IMG/VR virus record: IMGVR_UViG_3300021420_000022
Span: 28,393 to 92,392 of that record
Origin: a virus
Length of the DNA: 64,000 nt
Reading direction: 5' to 3' (one strand)
The position numbers were made by a program, and so were the translations under genes. The notes beneath the pieces are model-generated. The model ran no database searches and was not told the DNA's origin. It saw nothing but the letters and a program-made list of their open reading frames with translations. Shown here in pieces: positions 46,770-56,605 of this stretch; positions within the stretch are counted from its first letter, which is position 1; each line of letters opens with the position of its first letter.

Positions 46770-47958
46770 GGGCACACCGTGGCGGAAGCATTCATACAGT
46801 GCAGGCACCGACTTCGATGCGTGCCCCTACAAGTACTTCCTACGTCGTGTGCAAGGTTGGAAAGAGCGGGATAATAAGGCGCGACTGCTATTTGGTAAGG
46901 CTCTTGAACTTGCTGTTCAGTTCTATCACGAGCACGACGGGCAGGGCGCTCGCGATGAGTTTCATCGGCTCTGGTCGATTTTCAAGGAGCGAAATGATAT
47001 CCAATACACAAAAACTGAAAAGGATTGGGCCACGCTCGACATGGATGGGGACGACTTGCTTCGACTGTATGCAATTAAACTTCCCTCCCTGCCGATACCA
47101 CTTAGAGGCCAAATTGTCTTTCAACGAGAAGTCAAAAAAGAAGTCTTCCCTGGCGACCCCAACTACGGCGATATAGTCGACGCCGGAATCTGCGACATGA
47201 TATGCTGGGTCGACCCGCATCATCCGAAGTTGCCGCGTATCGACTGGAAGCCAGAGTACGGCTTGCTACGCCCGTTGATTGTCGACATGAAGACTTCCGG
47301 TCGTCCGTATCCTGAGGAGCAAGGCATGGCGGCGTTCGACGAACAGCTGCGGCGGTATAGCTGGCTCAGCGGGATTCACGATGTGGCCTTCTCAGTCTTC
47401 GTCAAAGCTGGACGAAAGCTGCAGAAAGGTTCGCGCTTGACATTGCTCGAAGATTGTGGTACATTTAAAGCAGGAGATGAGGCTATAGTCGCCAAGACTG
47501 ATGGTGAGCACTGCTGGATCGTGGCGCACGAATTTATGCTCGATCAGATGGACGCCGCGCAAGGCGAGAAAAAGGACAAAAATGGCACGCTCAAAACCGA
47601 TCAAACAAACGCGGCTAAAGACCGTGCAATGGACTGGCTTCAGCATAACGGATGCCGTGTTCCAAATACAGCAACTACTCGACAACGAGTACAATTTAAT
47701 GCAGGATTGGTCACGACTGAATCTCAACTCGATGCTGGGCAAGCATGCGCGAACCAAATCGTCGGAATAGTCAACGCATGGAAGACCAAGAAGTGGCCGA
47801 ACAAGTTTGGCGTGCGGTTCCCTCACGACAACCGGTCCGACCCATATTTTCAGGCTTTTGTTCTGAAGGACGAAGTATTTCGGAATGCGAATTTTGTAAA
47901 AACCGACGAGGAGACAATGGAAGACCTTTTCGCGGACGAAAGTGAGGCCGAGGAATGA
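46744..47958 (+). CDS. PD-(D/E)XK nuclease (AddB/Cas4-like)
   Basis: SYS......CP.KY, FG..LE, G..D, IVDMKTS, QL..Y. Confidence 0.8.
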   Translation: MAFLYINSKGTPWRKHSYSAGTDFDACPYKYFLRRVQGWKERDNKARLLFGKALELAVQFYHEHDGQGARDEFHRLWSIFKERNDIQYTKTEKDWATLDMDGDDLLRLYAIKLPSLPIPLRGQIVFQREVKKEVFPGDPNYGDIVDAGICDMICWVDPHHPKLPRIDWKPEYGLLRPLIVDMKTSGRPYPEEQGMAAFDEQLRRYSWLSGIHDVAFSVFVKAGRKLQKGSRLTLLEDCGTFKAGDEAIVAKTDGEHCWIVAHEFMLDQMDAAQGEKKDKNGTLKTDQTNAAKDRAMDWLQHNGCRVPNTATTRQRVQFNAGLVTTESQLDAGQACANQIVGIVNAWKTKKWPNKFGVRFPHDNRSDPYFQAFVLKDEVFRNANFVKTDEETMEDLFADESEAEE

Positions 47959-48215
47959 GTGACTCAATGAGCAATCCGGACGTGACGAATACGAGCAAGG
48001 CATACTGGGAGAAAGTTCTCAGAAACCATAACCTTGACATGAGCCGAGGTCGCCGTCGCATCGATGAAATTGCTGAGCAAGCGTACTGCGCGGAAATGGC
48101 GGATCGACTAAGGGATGAGGGGCGAGAACTGCCTACCATAATTGAACTCCGCAATCGCGACGGTTTTCGTCTTGACAATCTCGACGAAATCGACGGCGTA
48201 GTTGACGATGAGTAA
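47955..48215 (+). CDS. Hypothetical protein
   Basis: ATGA overlap. Confidence 0.55.
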   Translation: MSDSMSNPDVTNTSKAYWEKVLRNHNLDMSRGRRRIDEIAEQAYCAEMADRLRDEGRELPTIIELRNRDGFRLDNLDEIDGVVDDE

Positions 48216-48705
48216 AGACGGCGGAAGCTATAACAAACTCAAAGAAAATCTTCCGGCCATCAATACGAAACTCGCGAAGTTCTTTGATAGTGACGATCCG
48301 ATTCGCATGGGTCTAGCGTATCACGGACTGCCGCGTAGCGGCGGGAAACGAGGGAGCCGTCAACGACCCGCATGGACAAATAGCACTAAGACAATTCAAA
48401 AGGTTATTCGGCAAGCATTTCCGCATTTTGAAACTAACAATGAACAGAGGATACTGGCCGCTCGCTGGGCGCGGGTCATTTACCTTTATTTTTTAGCCGG
48501 GCACACTTACGGTCAAATTTCGGAAGAGATGGGCTTGCATTCAAACTCAAAAACTCGACCGTACGCCATCGTCGAAGGGATTATCGAGCGTATTTATCGC
48601 GTAGGTAACGGATTTAACGGTGAAGGACAATTGAGAAAAAAGCGCGGTCGTCGATTAAAAATTCGCGTTGTAACTCCCGCATCTATTAGTGAGACCAAAC
48701 CATGA
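48208..48705 (+). CDS. HTH protein resembling sigma region 4 (candidate late transcription regulator)
   Basis: RVIYLYFLAGHTYGQISEEMGL pattern. Confidence 0.5.
   Translation: MSKDGGSYNKLKENLPAINTKLAKFFDSDDPIRMGLAYHGLPRSGGKRGSRQRPAWTNSTKTIQKVIRQAFPHFETNNEQRILAARWARVIYLYFLAGHTYGQISEEMGLHSNSKTRPYAIVEGIIERIYRVGNGFNGEGQLRKKRGRRLKIRVVTPASISETKP
48660..48689 (+). promoter_or_regulatory. 30-bp conserved element, copy 3
   Basis: 29/30 match; 12 nt upstream of ATG 48702. Confidence 0.65.
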
Positions 48706-49649
48706 TCGATTTGTCCCAGGACGAAGTAAGTCGTGACCAGACGGTCAAGCTGCACTATTGCTTTAAGCAGCACCTCGGGGAGCAGTTAGACCCAGCTAAG
48801 TGCAGCTGCCGCAAGTGGGTTACGTACGAAGAGGCCGAGCAGAAGATTGCTGACGGGGAGGCCGACTGGTTGATCCTTAGTCGAACTCGGGTCGACACCC
48901 CAGAGGACGCGAAGCGGTTCAGCCTCGAACGCGGTCGGTTTAATCCTGACTTGCTCGCCCTTAGCAACAAGAACTTCATGAAAGTCTGCCCGGTTTGCGT
49001 TAAGCTGACCGAGACCGGTCGACAGCTCTGTAAGAACTGCCACGGGCGCGGCCTCGAAGCGGTTGAGGTTTTCTGGGAAGAACTGAGCCGCTGGCAGCTC
49101 CCCGAGCCCGGCGGCACTATCGTCATGGTCGCTAATGCTGACGATGAGGGGAAGTTTAACCTCGCGTTGCACAAGAAGACTCCGCGAGTCGCCACTTTGG
49201 AGGGTCCGAATCCGCGCTCGGGGCCGGATCGGCTAGGTCAGATATTTCGCGCAGCAGCCTCGTGGCATCATGATGCGAAAGGACAATGGGCTCAAAGTTC
49301 GGACAGCTACGACGCGGGCCGTGTTGAGGACTATGGCCTGATCAATCTGCTGGAACTGTTTGGGAAGCCGCAAAATGCAGCTCTGAAAGATAAGACTATC
49401 GAGCTGACTGACTCGAAGACGAAGATTTCGTCAGTCTACAGGCTGGCAGCAACTAAGCAAGGAAAGTGGTACTGGAAAAAAGTTGTCGACGGCGAAGGCC
49501 GAACTTCCGAGCCTGACGTTCATCTAACTGTTCGTGATGACGGAAGGGTGTTTCACAAAGGCGAGCAAGCATGGTGGCTCAAGGGCAGGAGGATTCACGA
49601 TAAGGACTGCCAGTGTCGAGCATGCGACTGGGGATGCGCAATTGTATAG
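48702..49649 (+). CDS. Hypothetical Cys-rich protein
   Basis: CPVC...CKNCHG (DnaJ-type CxxCxG) and a C-terminal Cys cluster. Confidence 0.65.
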   Translation: MIDLSQDEVSRDQTVKLHYCFKQHLGEQLDPAKCSCRKWVTYEEAEQKIADGEADWLILSRTRVDTPEDAKRFSLERGRFNPDLLALSNKNFMKVCPVCVKLTETGRQLCKNCHGRGLEAVEVFWEELSRWQLPEPGGTIVMVANADDEGKFNLALHKKTPRVATLEGPNPRSGPDRLGQIFRAAASWHHDAKGQWAQSSDSYDAGRVEDYGLINLLELFGKPQNAALKDKTIELTDSKTKISSVYRLAATKQGKWYWKKVVDGEGRTSEPDVHLTVRDDGRVFHKGEQAWWLKGRRIHDKDCQCRACDWGCAIV

Positions 49650-49853
49650 CCAAACGAAATGCCCGTTCACCGGGTTGCGGAAGTTTGAATGCGCCCATTG
49701 CCGTCCGTCAACGTCGCTAGCTGAGGCCGCCGCGTACGACGCCGCCCATCCAGAATTTTTGGATGTTTTAGTTGACGAAGACGGTCAAGAATACGTAGAA
49801 TATTATACGTACGACAATATGTCTGGAATTTCATGCAGCAAGAAAGGATTACA

Positions 49854-50396
49854 ATGATCGAGACACCATTTGACGATGTCGTGAATGATCAGAATTCTGT
49901 AGCCCCAGAAGCAGTTGAGAAGTTGAACCAACAGTTCGAACTTGCTGAAGCCGCCGAGAGATTTCGGAAGGAATTTGCTGAGCGCAGTTTTAGTGAGCGC
50001 CACGAAGAGTTCGGCAAGATGATCAACTGCCGTTTGTGTGGCCGTCGCCATCGTGAAGACGATCCTCTCTTTAAAGAGAGCACCGCTCACGGTCCGCAGA
50101 AGTTTGTCACCTTTCCGTCGCGCCATATCGCGTTCAAAAAGCAGCGCGTCAACCCCCACCACAATGATCGGATTCGCCGATTCGCATACCTAACTACTAA
50201 AATTTTCACCGAAGATATCGCCCCGTACTTCAACCCGTCGACCGATGAGGAGAAGGACTACTTGGTGCGTCGGGCTCAACGTAAGGCCGCGCACATTCTG
50301 CGCAAATTCTGGATCGCGCCTCGGTTGGCGCGCAAGCATATGCAGGATGTCTCTCGCCGCATCAATCGCGGTCTGCTGCCGGGAGGATCACGATGA
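49854..50396 (+). CDS. Hypothetical protein
   Basis: AAGGA SD; CRLCGRRH. Confidence 0.6.
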   Translation: MIETPFDDVVNDQNSVAPEAVEKLNQQFELAEAAERFRKEFAERSFSERHEEFGKMINCRLCGRRHREDDPLFKESTAHGPQKFVTFPSRHIAFKKQRVNPHHNDRIRRFAYLTTKIFTEDIAPYFNPSTDEEKDYLVRRAQRKAAHILRKFWIAPRLARKHMQDVSRRINRGLLPGGSR

Positions 50397-50632
50397 ACTG
50401 GATATTGCTCAGCCGTCATTTATTTTTTCTGGCCGTGATCTTGGATGCGGTCGCGTTCGGACTCTGGTACGGGGTCAATTACTACGGACCTCGAATCGCC
50501 AAGAAACAGCTCGCCCGAATGAGCGGCATCGGGAACTGCAAGCGGTGGAGGATCAATCGCGGTAAGGTCTGCGCGTGCGGCAAGCATATTACCGTGCGTT
50601 CTGTCAACGGCGTACCGCTGGGAGAAAACTGA
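50393..50632 (+). CDS. Small membrane protein
   Basis: N-terminal TM; GGAGG SD. Confidence 0.55.
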   Translation: MNWILLSRHLFFLAVILDAVAFGLWYGVNYYGPRIAKKQLARMSGIGNCKRWRINRGKVCACGKHITVRSVNGVPLGEN

Positions 50633-51603
50633 TGGACTTAATCATTTATCATAACGGTTGCCCTGACGGGTTTTGCGCGGCCTACGTGGCGAAGCAACGC
50701 TATCCCGAAGCGCAGTTGATGGCTCGTGATCACGGCCTAGAGCCGCCCTATGACGAAGTAAAGGGCAAAGATGTTTTGGTTGTAGACTTTAGTTGGAGAA
50801 CTCGTGAACAGAATCTGGAACTTGCTGAACTCTCGAAGTCATTTCGCATTCTAGATCACCACAAAACTGCTCAAGCCACTCTGGAGGGACTCGGTTTTGC
50901 CACGTTCGATATGACGCGCAGCGGTGCCGGTCTCGCGTGGGATTATCTTTTCGGCAAAGACGCGCATGAGAAAATCGGCAGCATGTATATCCCGCCGTCT
51001 CCGCGTCGATGGTTCGTCGATTACGTTGAGGATCGGGACTTGTGGCGGAACAACGGTCAGGGAACTCTGCCGAACAGCAAAGCTGTCAACGCCTACATCA
51101 TGACATTGCCATTCACGCTCGAAGCTTGGGAAGAATTAAAGTGGATAGACACGGAGACCGCAGCTCGCCTTGGAACGGGAGCGTTGGCGCACGTCGCTCA
51201 TTACGTGCGTGAGGGCGTTAAGCAAGCGCAAACAGGCGACTTATTTTTTGTCGACGCCGTCGGATTCGTTCACAAATACACCGTGCGAATTGTGAACGCG
51301 CTCTACATGAACATCAGCGAACTCGCCGGAGCTCTTAGCGAAGAGCAAGGTATCGACATCGGCATGGGTTGGTTTGAACGCGGCGACGGACGGATGCAAT
51401 TCAGTTTGCGGAACCATACCGGCGCGGTCGACGTAAGTCAGATAGCGCAAGCAAAAGGTGGCGGCGGCCATAAAGCAGCAGCCGGGTTTACGCTGAGTAT
51501 TGATGAGGGTCGAATGCTGATCGACGCAATTCTCGGTCGCAAAAGTACGGACTCAGATAAAGTTTTCTATGCACCAATGAAAGTGCTTGACAAACAGAAT
51601 TAA
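50632..51603 (+). CDS. DHH/DHHA1 phosphoesterase (NrnB/nanoRNase-like)
   Basis: YH..C.DG, VDFS, LDHH, D.DLW, FSLR, GGGH..AAG. Confidence 0.9.
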   Translation: MDLIIYHNGCPDGFCAAYVAKQRYPEAQLMARDHGLEPPYDEVKGKDVLVVDFSWRTREQNLELAELSKSFRILDHHKTAQATLEGLGFATFDMTRSGAGLAWDYLFGKDAHEKIGSMYIPPSPRRWFVDYVEDRDLWRNNGQGTLPNSKAVNAYIMTLPFTLEAWEELKWIDTETAARLGTGALAHVAHYVREGVKQAQTGDLFFVDAVGFVHKYTVRIVNALYMNISELAGALSEEQGIDIGMGWFERGDGRMQFSLRNHTGAVDVSQIAQAKGGGGHKAAAGFTLSIDEGRMLIDAILGRKSTDSDKVFYAPMKVLDKQN

Positions 51604-51615
51604 TTATGGTAGGGT
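51587..51615 (+). promoter_or_regulatory. Sigma70-type promoter
   Basis: TTGACA-17-TAGGGT with TG extension. Confidence 0.6.
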
Positions 51616-52613
51616 GACGGTATGAAACTTCACATTGATGTTGCGGAGCACGGCACAGCAATTACCGTCAGTGAGATGCGTAAACTCCTCGCCCGTACGC
51701 TCTCGAAACTGAAGGGCGAAAACAACGTGACGTTTTCTTTCCACTGTCAGGTTGAACTCAAAGATCGTGACATCCTTCAACCACCGGTCGAATCATGAGA
51801 ATCGCTATCGAAATGCCGAGCGGTGCGCAGTCGAAAGGGTACGAACGTGGTAAAGATTGGGAAGTCTGGTTTGAAAAAGTCTTTGCAGAAGTGAAACGTC
51901 TCGCTCTTTTCGACACTAGCGTTATCGCCGAGGAGATCGGGATCGAGGTACGTCGAGAAATTTACAGAAAGGAAAGTTGATGAAAACGCATTTGACAGAA
52001 GAGGAAGCACGGCACAGCAAGTTGACGGTCGATCCGCTGAAGTATCGCGGTGTGTTCGACTATCCCCAGAACCAGAGCGCTAACTTGTTGGGCGCGTCTG
52101 GGACGGGCTCTTCGTTGCACGTTACGCGATTCATGGGTTGGACGGGTCGCGGCAGTAGCACACGATATTCCGGCGAACCATCAACGGCAAGTATTCTCGA
52201 TCAGAAAGCAGCATGGATGTCGGAATGGCTGCAGAAGGGACAGTATGCAGGAAGCCGTCAGCAATAAGAAAAAGCGCTCGTACGAACGCAAGAACGAGCG
52301 CAGCGCGGAGCAGCAGCACGAGCAGCGGCACGCGAAAAATGCAGCTAGGCCCAAACAAACGTTTGTGGCCGGAAAGTGGGTGCGGTAATGGCAGAACTGA
52401 GCAAGACAGCAAAGCAAAGCATGGTGAAGGAAGTTAAGAAGGCCGAAGTCGAAACTCCCGAAGTGTCTATCCGAAAACTTCGCAATGACTCGGCTGCGGG
52501 TTTGTACGTCCCCAGCCACCGTATCAAAGTGCTGTTGGACGCCTACGATGCGGCGATTGATAAAATTGAACTACTCGAAAACGAATTGCTCGAAGTGGGC
52601 GAAGGAGAATAGC

Positions 52614-53000
52614 ATGAGACCTTTCGTAATTGTATTCGCGTTGACGTTGCTCATCGGCGGAACTTTTCAGCTCGGGAGAGCTGCCGGTCGTGAGGATCGG
52701 ACTCAGAACGGCCCGGTTCAGGTAGTTTCTACCGACGAGAGCGATCAGGATATTCAAGCTGCCCTCGATGATTTCGAAAAATTCGTCGAAGAGCATGAAG
52801 AGGACATAGATTACGTCGCTATCGGTCGAGAAACTCCGGATGACCCGTGGTTCGCTCGCCTTTACAAAGTGAAAGATGATAACTCGGCCATCGGCTGGAA
52901 CGACGAGGGGTTCCCGACGGCCACAAGCGTTGTTGCCGCCATCGAGAAGAATTTCCTGACGCATCCGGACGGCCACGACGAGACGTACGACGGAAAGTAA
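52614..53000 (+). CDS. Secreted acidic hypothetical protein
   Basis: Start MRPFVIV after GGAG; signal peptide. Confidence 0.6.
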   Translation: MRPFVIVFALTLLIGGTFQLGRAAGREDRTQNGPVQVVSTDESDQDIQAALDDFEKFVEEHEEDIDYVAIGRETPDDPWFARLYKVKDDNSAIGWNDEGFPTATSVVAAIEKNFLTHPDGHDETYDGK

Positions 53001-53531
53001 AATGAAACGGCTCTGTGTGTTCTACAAGAACGCGGCACCTTACGCAGGCAAGCGCATAGACTGGATTGTCTGCAAAAGATGCCGCGCAGAGCTTCTCAAA
53101 GGGTGTCCGCCTCGGGTGTTGATGGCCGAAGGGTGCCCGAAGAAAAAATGAAGATTCGGCACAATGACGGCGAGTGCGACGGCGAGATCGTAATGATTAA
53201 CGAAACCTACGGCAAAAGTAAGCCTCAGATCGAATTTGAGTGCTCGAAGTGCCATCAGCATGTCGGCAACTTGCCGGATTGCAAAGCGGAAGACGACTTG
53301 GAGGATTTGTTCGAATGAGTATTTTTAGTCTTATCTGGCAGGGCATCTGGACCGGCATAGGCGTCGAGCTGACCTTGTTCGTGCTTTGGGTCATCTGGAG
53401 AGCGGCGCACTCGAAGTACATTTCAAAGTTGCACCCGGAGCACTGGCTGCATGCCATAGGGGAGTACTTCGAATGAGTGCTTATGTTCGGTGGCATGTAA
53501 ATCGAGGAATTGTAAAAGAGGGATGCGCTCT

Positions 53532-53972
53532 ATGCCAACACCAGAAATGAAGTATTCGCAAACCGGCATTGCCTTGACAGAAGATTTCGAGGGTCTTCGG
53601 CTTGTCGCCTATCAAGATCAAGTAGGACGTTGGTCTTTGGGGTATGGGCACACCGCAGGCGTTAAACCCGGTGATTGCTGCACACGAGAGCAAGCCGAAG
53701 CAATGCTCCATGCGGACATCGCGTGGGCTGAGGCTTTCGTCAACCATATCGTGACGGTGACATTGACGCAGGGCGAATTCGACGCGCTGGTCGACTTCAC
53801 GTTTAATCTCGGCTCCGGCAATTTCCAGTCGAGCACGCTGCTGAAGCTGGTCAACGAAGGCGACATGGAAGACGCGGCCAAGCAGTTTGAGCAGTGGGAT
53901 CATGCAGGCGGTCAGGTTGTCGCCGGGCTGTTACGTCGGCGGCAAGCAGAAGAGCAGGAGTTTAAATCGTGA
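53532..53972 (+). CDS. Endolysin (GH24 phage lysozyme)
   Basis: FEGLRL.AYQD..G.W..GYGHT, Q..FDALV.F.FN.G, GL.RRR..E. Confidence 0.92.
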   Translation: MPTPEMKYSQTGIALTEDFEGLRLVAYQDQVGRWSLGYGHTAGVKPGDCCTREQAEAMLHADIAWAEAFVNHIVTVTLTQGEFDALVDFTFNLGSGNFQSSTLLKLVNEGDMEDAAKQFEQWDHAGGQVVAGLLRRRQAEEQEFKS

Positions 53973-54160
53973 GCTTCGACCCGCAAGAAGTTTTTGACGT
54001 GTTCAACGGGAAGCCGACTCGGCTGCTATTGAGGCATACGGTGAATACGCTCCCGACAAATTTCGATCCCGAATCCGGAGTCGGTCGAATGTTTTGTTTG
54101 TGAAAGTAAAATCAATGCACGATTGATTGTACTCAGACGGAAAACAAAGGAGATACAAAA

Positions 54161-54373
54161 ATGAAGATTCTTACGGTAGTTTCTTTATCGTTTCTGTTAT
54201 TGGGGTGCTCCACTGCTACCCAGAAGGCCATTCGTAAGTCGATAGAGAATTGCACGCCCGGTTTGGTATGCGGAGCACCCGCCCCCAACGTGCCGGATTG
54301 TAAAGCCGAGCCGAATAAACCGCAGTGCAAGCACGGCGATGAGCCGACGAAGACAGGGACGCCGGAGAAATAG
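54161..54373 (+). CDS. Small lipoprotein (o-spanin candidate)
   Basis: Lipobox LLGC, Pro-rich, near the endolysin. Confidence 0.5.
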   Translation: MKILTVVSLSFLLLGCSTATQKAIRKSIENCTPGLVCGAPAPNVPDCKAEPNKPQCKHGDEPTKTGTPEK

Positions 54374-54423
54374 TGCAATCAAGAGCGTATTCGTTGTACT
54401 CGGAACGCAAACAAAGGATTTAG

Positions 54424-54777
54424 ATGAGCGAGCAAGTTGCGAAGTGGCGGCAGAAACATCCAGAACAAGCGGCCTTGCAAGGAATCCGACAGGGAGCAAA
54501 AGAGCGGGGTCTTTCATACACGATCACGATGAAGAATCTCCCGAAAGTGCCGAAGTTCTGTCCCGTGTTTCCGTGGATTAGGTTAAAATGGCACAAGAAC
54601 GAAGGGAGTAAACAACGACACGATGATTCGCCATCGTTAGATCGCATTCATAATCGGCAGGGCTACAAACCAAGAAATGTGCGATGGGTTTCTTGGAGAG
54701 CAAACTCATTGAGAAATGACGCTTCGTTTCGAGAGCTAGAAGCACTTTTCAAAGATGCAAGGCGGCTCAAAAAGTAA
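54424..54777 (+). CDS. HNH endonuclease-like protein
   Basis: P.FCPV...SPSLDRI....GY...NV..VSWRAN. Confidence 0.8.
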   Translation: MSEQVAKWRQKHPEQAALQGIRQGAKERGLSYTITMKNLPKVPKFCPVFPWIRLKWHKNEGSKQRHDDSPSLDRIHNRQGYKPRNVRWVSWRANSLRNDASFRELEALFKDARRLKK

Positions 54778-54811
54778 AACGAACACGCAGTTGATTTTAC
54801 CCGGAGGGGAC

Positions 54812-55228
54812 GTGAAGAACGATAAGCAGGCCGCCTTCGATCAGTGGGTGCAAAGGCTAGAGGCCCGTTGCAACTTTCCGTCGCTGCGCCTGACCGTTGA
54901 CTGCTCGTCCGATTTTGAGCGGCCTTTGACGGAGGAGGAGCACCGGATTATTCGGGCCAACATCAAATCGTACGAGACCCAGTTTCGCGGCAAGAAATTG
55001 TGCTCGGCCTGCCGGTATCCTCTGGAGGACGACGCCGGGTTCTGCACTGCCGAGTACGGTCCGTGCTGCTGGTTGTGCCATATAATGGACAACGCGCTGC
55101 GCCAGACTACCCGAGGGCACTTTTTCGGAACGGTCTTCGAGTGGTTTAACACGGCGCACAAGCAGTGGCAGGCCGACGAGGAAAAAGCCAAGAAAATTAA
55201 GGATCACGAGGACGGTAAAATCTGGTAA
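54812..55228 (+). CDS. Hypothetical Zn-binding protein
   Basis: GGAGG SD; CSAC...CWLC. Confidence 0.55.
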   Translation: MKNDKQAAFDQWVQRLEARCNFPSLRLTVDCSSDFERPLTEEEHRIIRANIKSYETQFRGKKLCSACRYPLEDDAGFCTAEYGPCCWLCHIMDNALRQTTRGHFFGTVFEWFNTAHKQWQADEEKAKKIKDHEDGKIW

Positions 55229-55458
55229 TGGGGGAAGAAATGATCACTACTGGCGAATGCAAGTTGTTTCCGACTAAGCTAGGATTTCCAGACAAGGATG
55301 CGGCGCTGACGTTCGCGTTTCGGCTCATGTTCTCCCCGAGGCCGCCTACGGACACGAACTCGCTGTATGTTTACCGCTGCCCGTCGTGTGGGCTCGTTCA
55401 CTTGACGAAGAAATACCAAGACGCGAATTGTGAGGCAGTCTATGGGATCGCGGGTTAA
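55228..55458 (+). CDS. Small Zn-binding protein
   Basis: YVYRCPSCGLVHLT. Confidence 0.6.
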   Translation: MGEEMITTGECKLFPTKLGFPDKDAALTFAFRLMFSPRPPTDTNSLYVYRCPSCGLVHLTKKYQDANCEAVYGIAG

Positions 55459-55553
55459 GCGATCCGGAGCAGCGCTTTTATTCTGGATTTTGTACATCAA
55501 GGTTCGGAATCTGGTGCTCTACCCGTATTGTTGGTTGATTTGGAAACGAATAC

Positions 55554-56162
55554 ATGCGCATCACGTGGAACGAAAATGAAAACCGCTTCGAAGCGCAGTT
55601 TAGCAAAGGCGACCAGTGGCGAAATGAGCAGCAACTTGCTTCGTCCGCTGGATTCCATACTGACGGCGCTCCGGCGTGGTGCTGGTTCACGGCGAAAGCT
55701 GCAGTTCTCACGAAACTCAAGGATAAAGTTGCAGCCGATAAATTACCAATTTCGCTTAGCGTCACCCGCTCGGCTCTCGACGCCTACAATCGTTTACGAG
55801 AAGCCGAAGAACAAGTCGAAGAACTCAAAAAGTACGCCAAAGAGCAAAAGAAACTTCAAAAGAAAGCGCAGGAACGCGTCCGTATCGAAGCTGACGGCGG
55901 CGATGATTCGGGATATACATCGAGCCATTACCACCCAGTTCCCGCCTATTGGGAGGGGAAGCAAGAAATTACGCGGGCTGATCTGCCCGCCGACGTTATG
56001 GCACGACTTGATAAGCGCGAACCCATTCCCCAACGGAGAGCGGAGCCGATAGGAAAATGCAGAGTCTGTGGAGATGCAACGTATGATCCGGACGAATTTG
56101 ATTTTTGTCTCTGGTGCAGCGGACGCGGTGAAGAACAATTTCTCGATGAATTATTGTCTTGA
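55554..56162 (+). CDS. Hypothetical protein
   Basis: AGF.....W motif; coiled coil; CRVCG...CLWC. Confidence 0.6.
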   Translation: MRITWNENENRFEAQFSKGDQWRNEQQLASSAGFHTDGAPAWCWFTAKAAVLTKLKDKVAADKLPISLSVTRSALDAYNRLREAEEQVEELKKYAKEQKKLQKKAQERVRIEADGGDDSGYTSSHYHPVPAYWEGKQEITRADLPADVMARLDKREPIPQRRAEPIGKCRVCGDATYDPDEFDFCLWCSGRGEEQFLDELLS

Positions 56163-56187
56163 CAAGCTTTTCGAATTTTGCTAGTCT
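56159..56187 (+). promoter_or_regulatory. Sigma70-type promoter for the EndoVII-tmRNA unit
   Basis: TTGACA-17-TAGTCT with TG extension. Confidence 0.75.
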
Positions 56188-56242
56188 GAAGTTGTAAGCA
56201 TCTCTTGTCGGGCTCCTATCGGAACCGACTGGTGGAGGCGTA

Positions 56243-56605
56243 ATGCACGGAAAGCTTTATTATGACCAGCGCAAATCACTCGGCTTATGCCCACGATGCG
56301 GAAATTCAGTTGACGGTCGAGTGATTTGCCTTCCGTGTCTTGCAAAGCAAAAGTTGTCTAAGTTAGACCTATCACCCGAGGAAACCGAAAAAGCGAGAAC
56401 CTCCTTTCTGAATTTTGACGGAACATGTCAATGCTGCGGTTCGAGTGATCCCGGTGGAAAGAAGGGTTGGTGTATTGACCACGATCACATTCGAAGAGTT
56501 TTTCGAGGAATCATATGCCAACACTGTAACATAATGCTAGGTCGGGCTCACGATCAAATTGAATGGCTCTTCGCGGGCATCAAATATTTGAGAAAATTTT
56601 TATGA
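56243..56605 (+). CDS. Endonuclease VII-family (HNH) protein
   Basis: CQCCG...IDHDH....RGIIC..CN.MLG..D; stop overlaps the tmRNA acceptor piece. Confidence 0.85.
   Translation: MHGKLYYDQRKSLGLCPRCGNSVDGRVICLPCLAKQKLSKLDLSPEETEKARTSFLNFDGTCQCCGSSDPGGKKGWCIDHDHIRRVFRGIICQHCNIMLGRAHDQIEWLFAGIKYLRKFL

Noticed and set aside
46744-47958. Cas4 / CRISPR adaptation module
   Set aside because: No cas1, cas2 or array; pairing with UvrD indicates a recombination nuclease.
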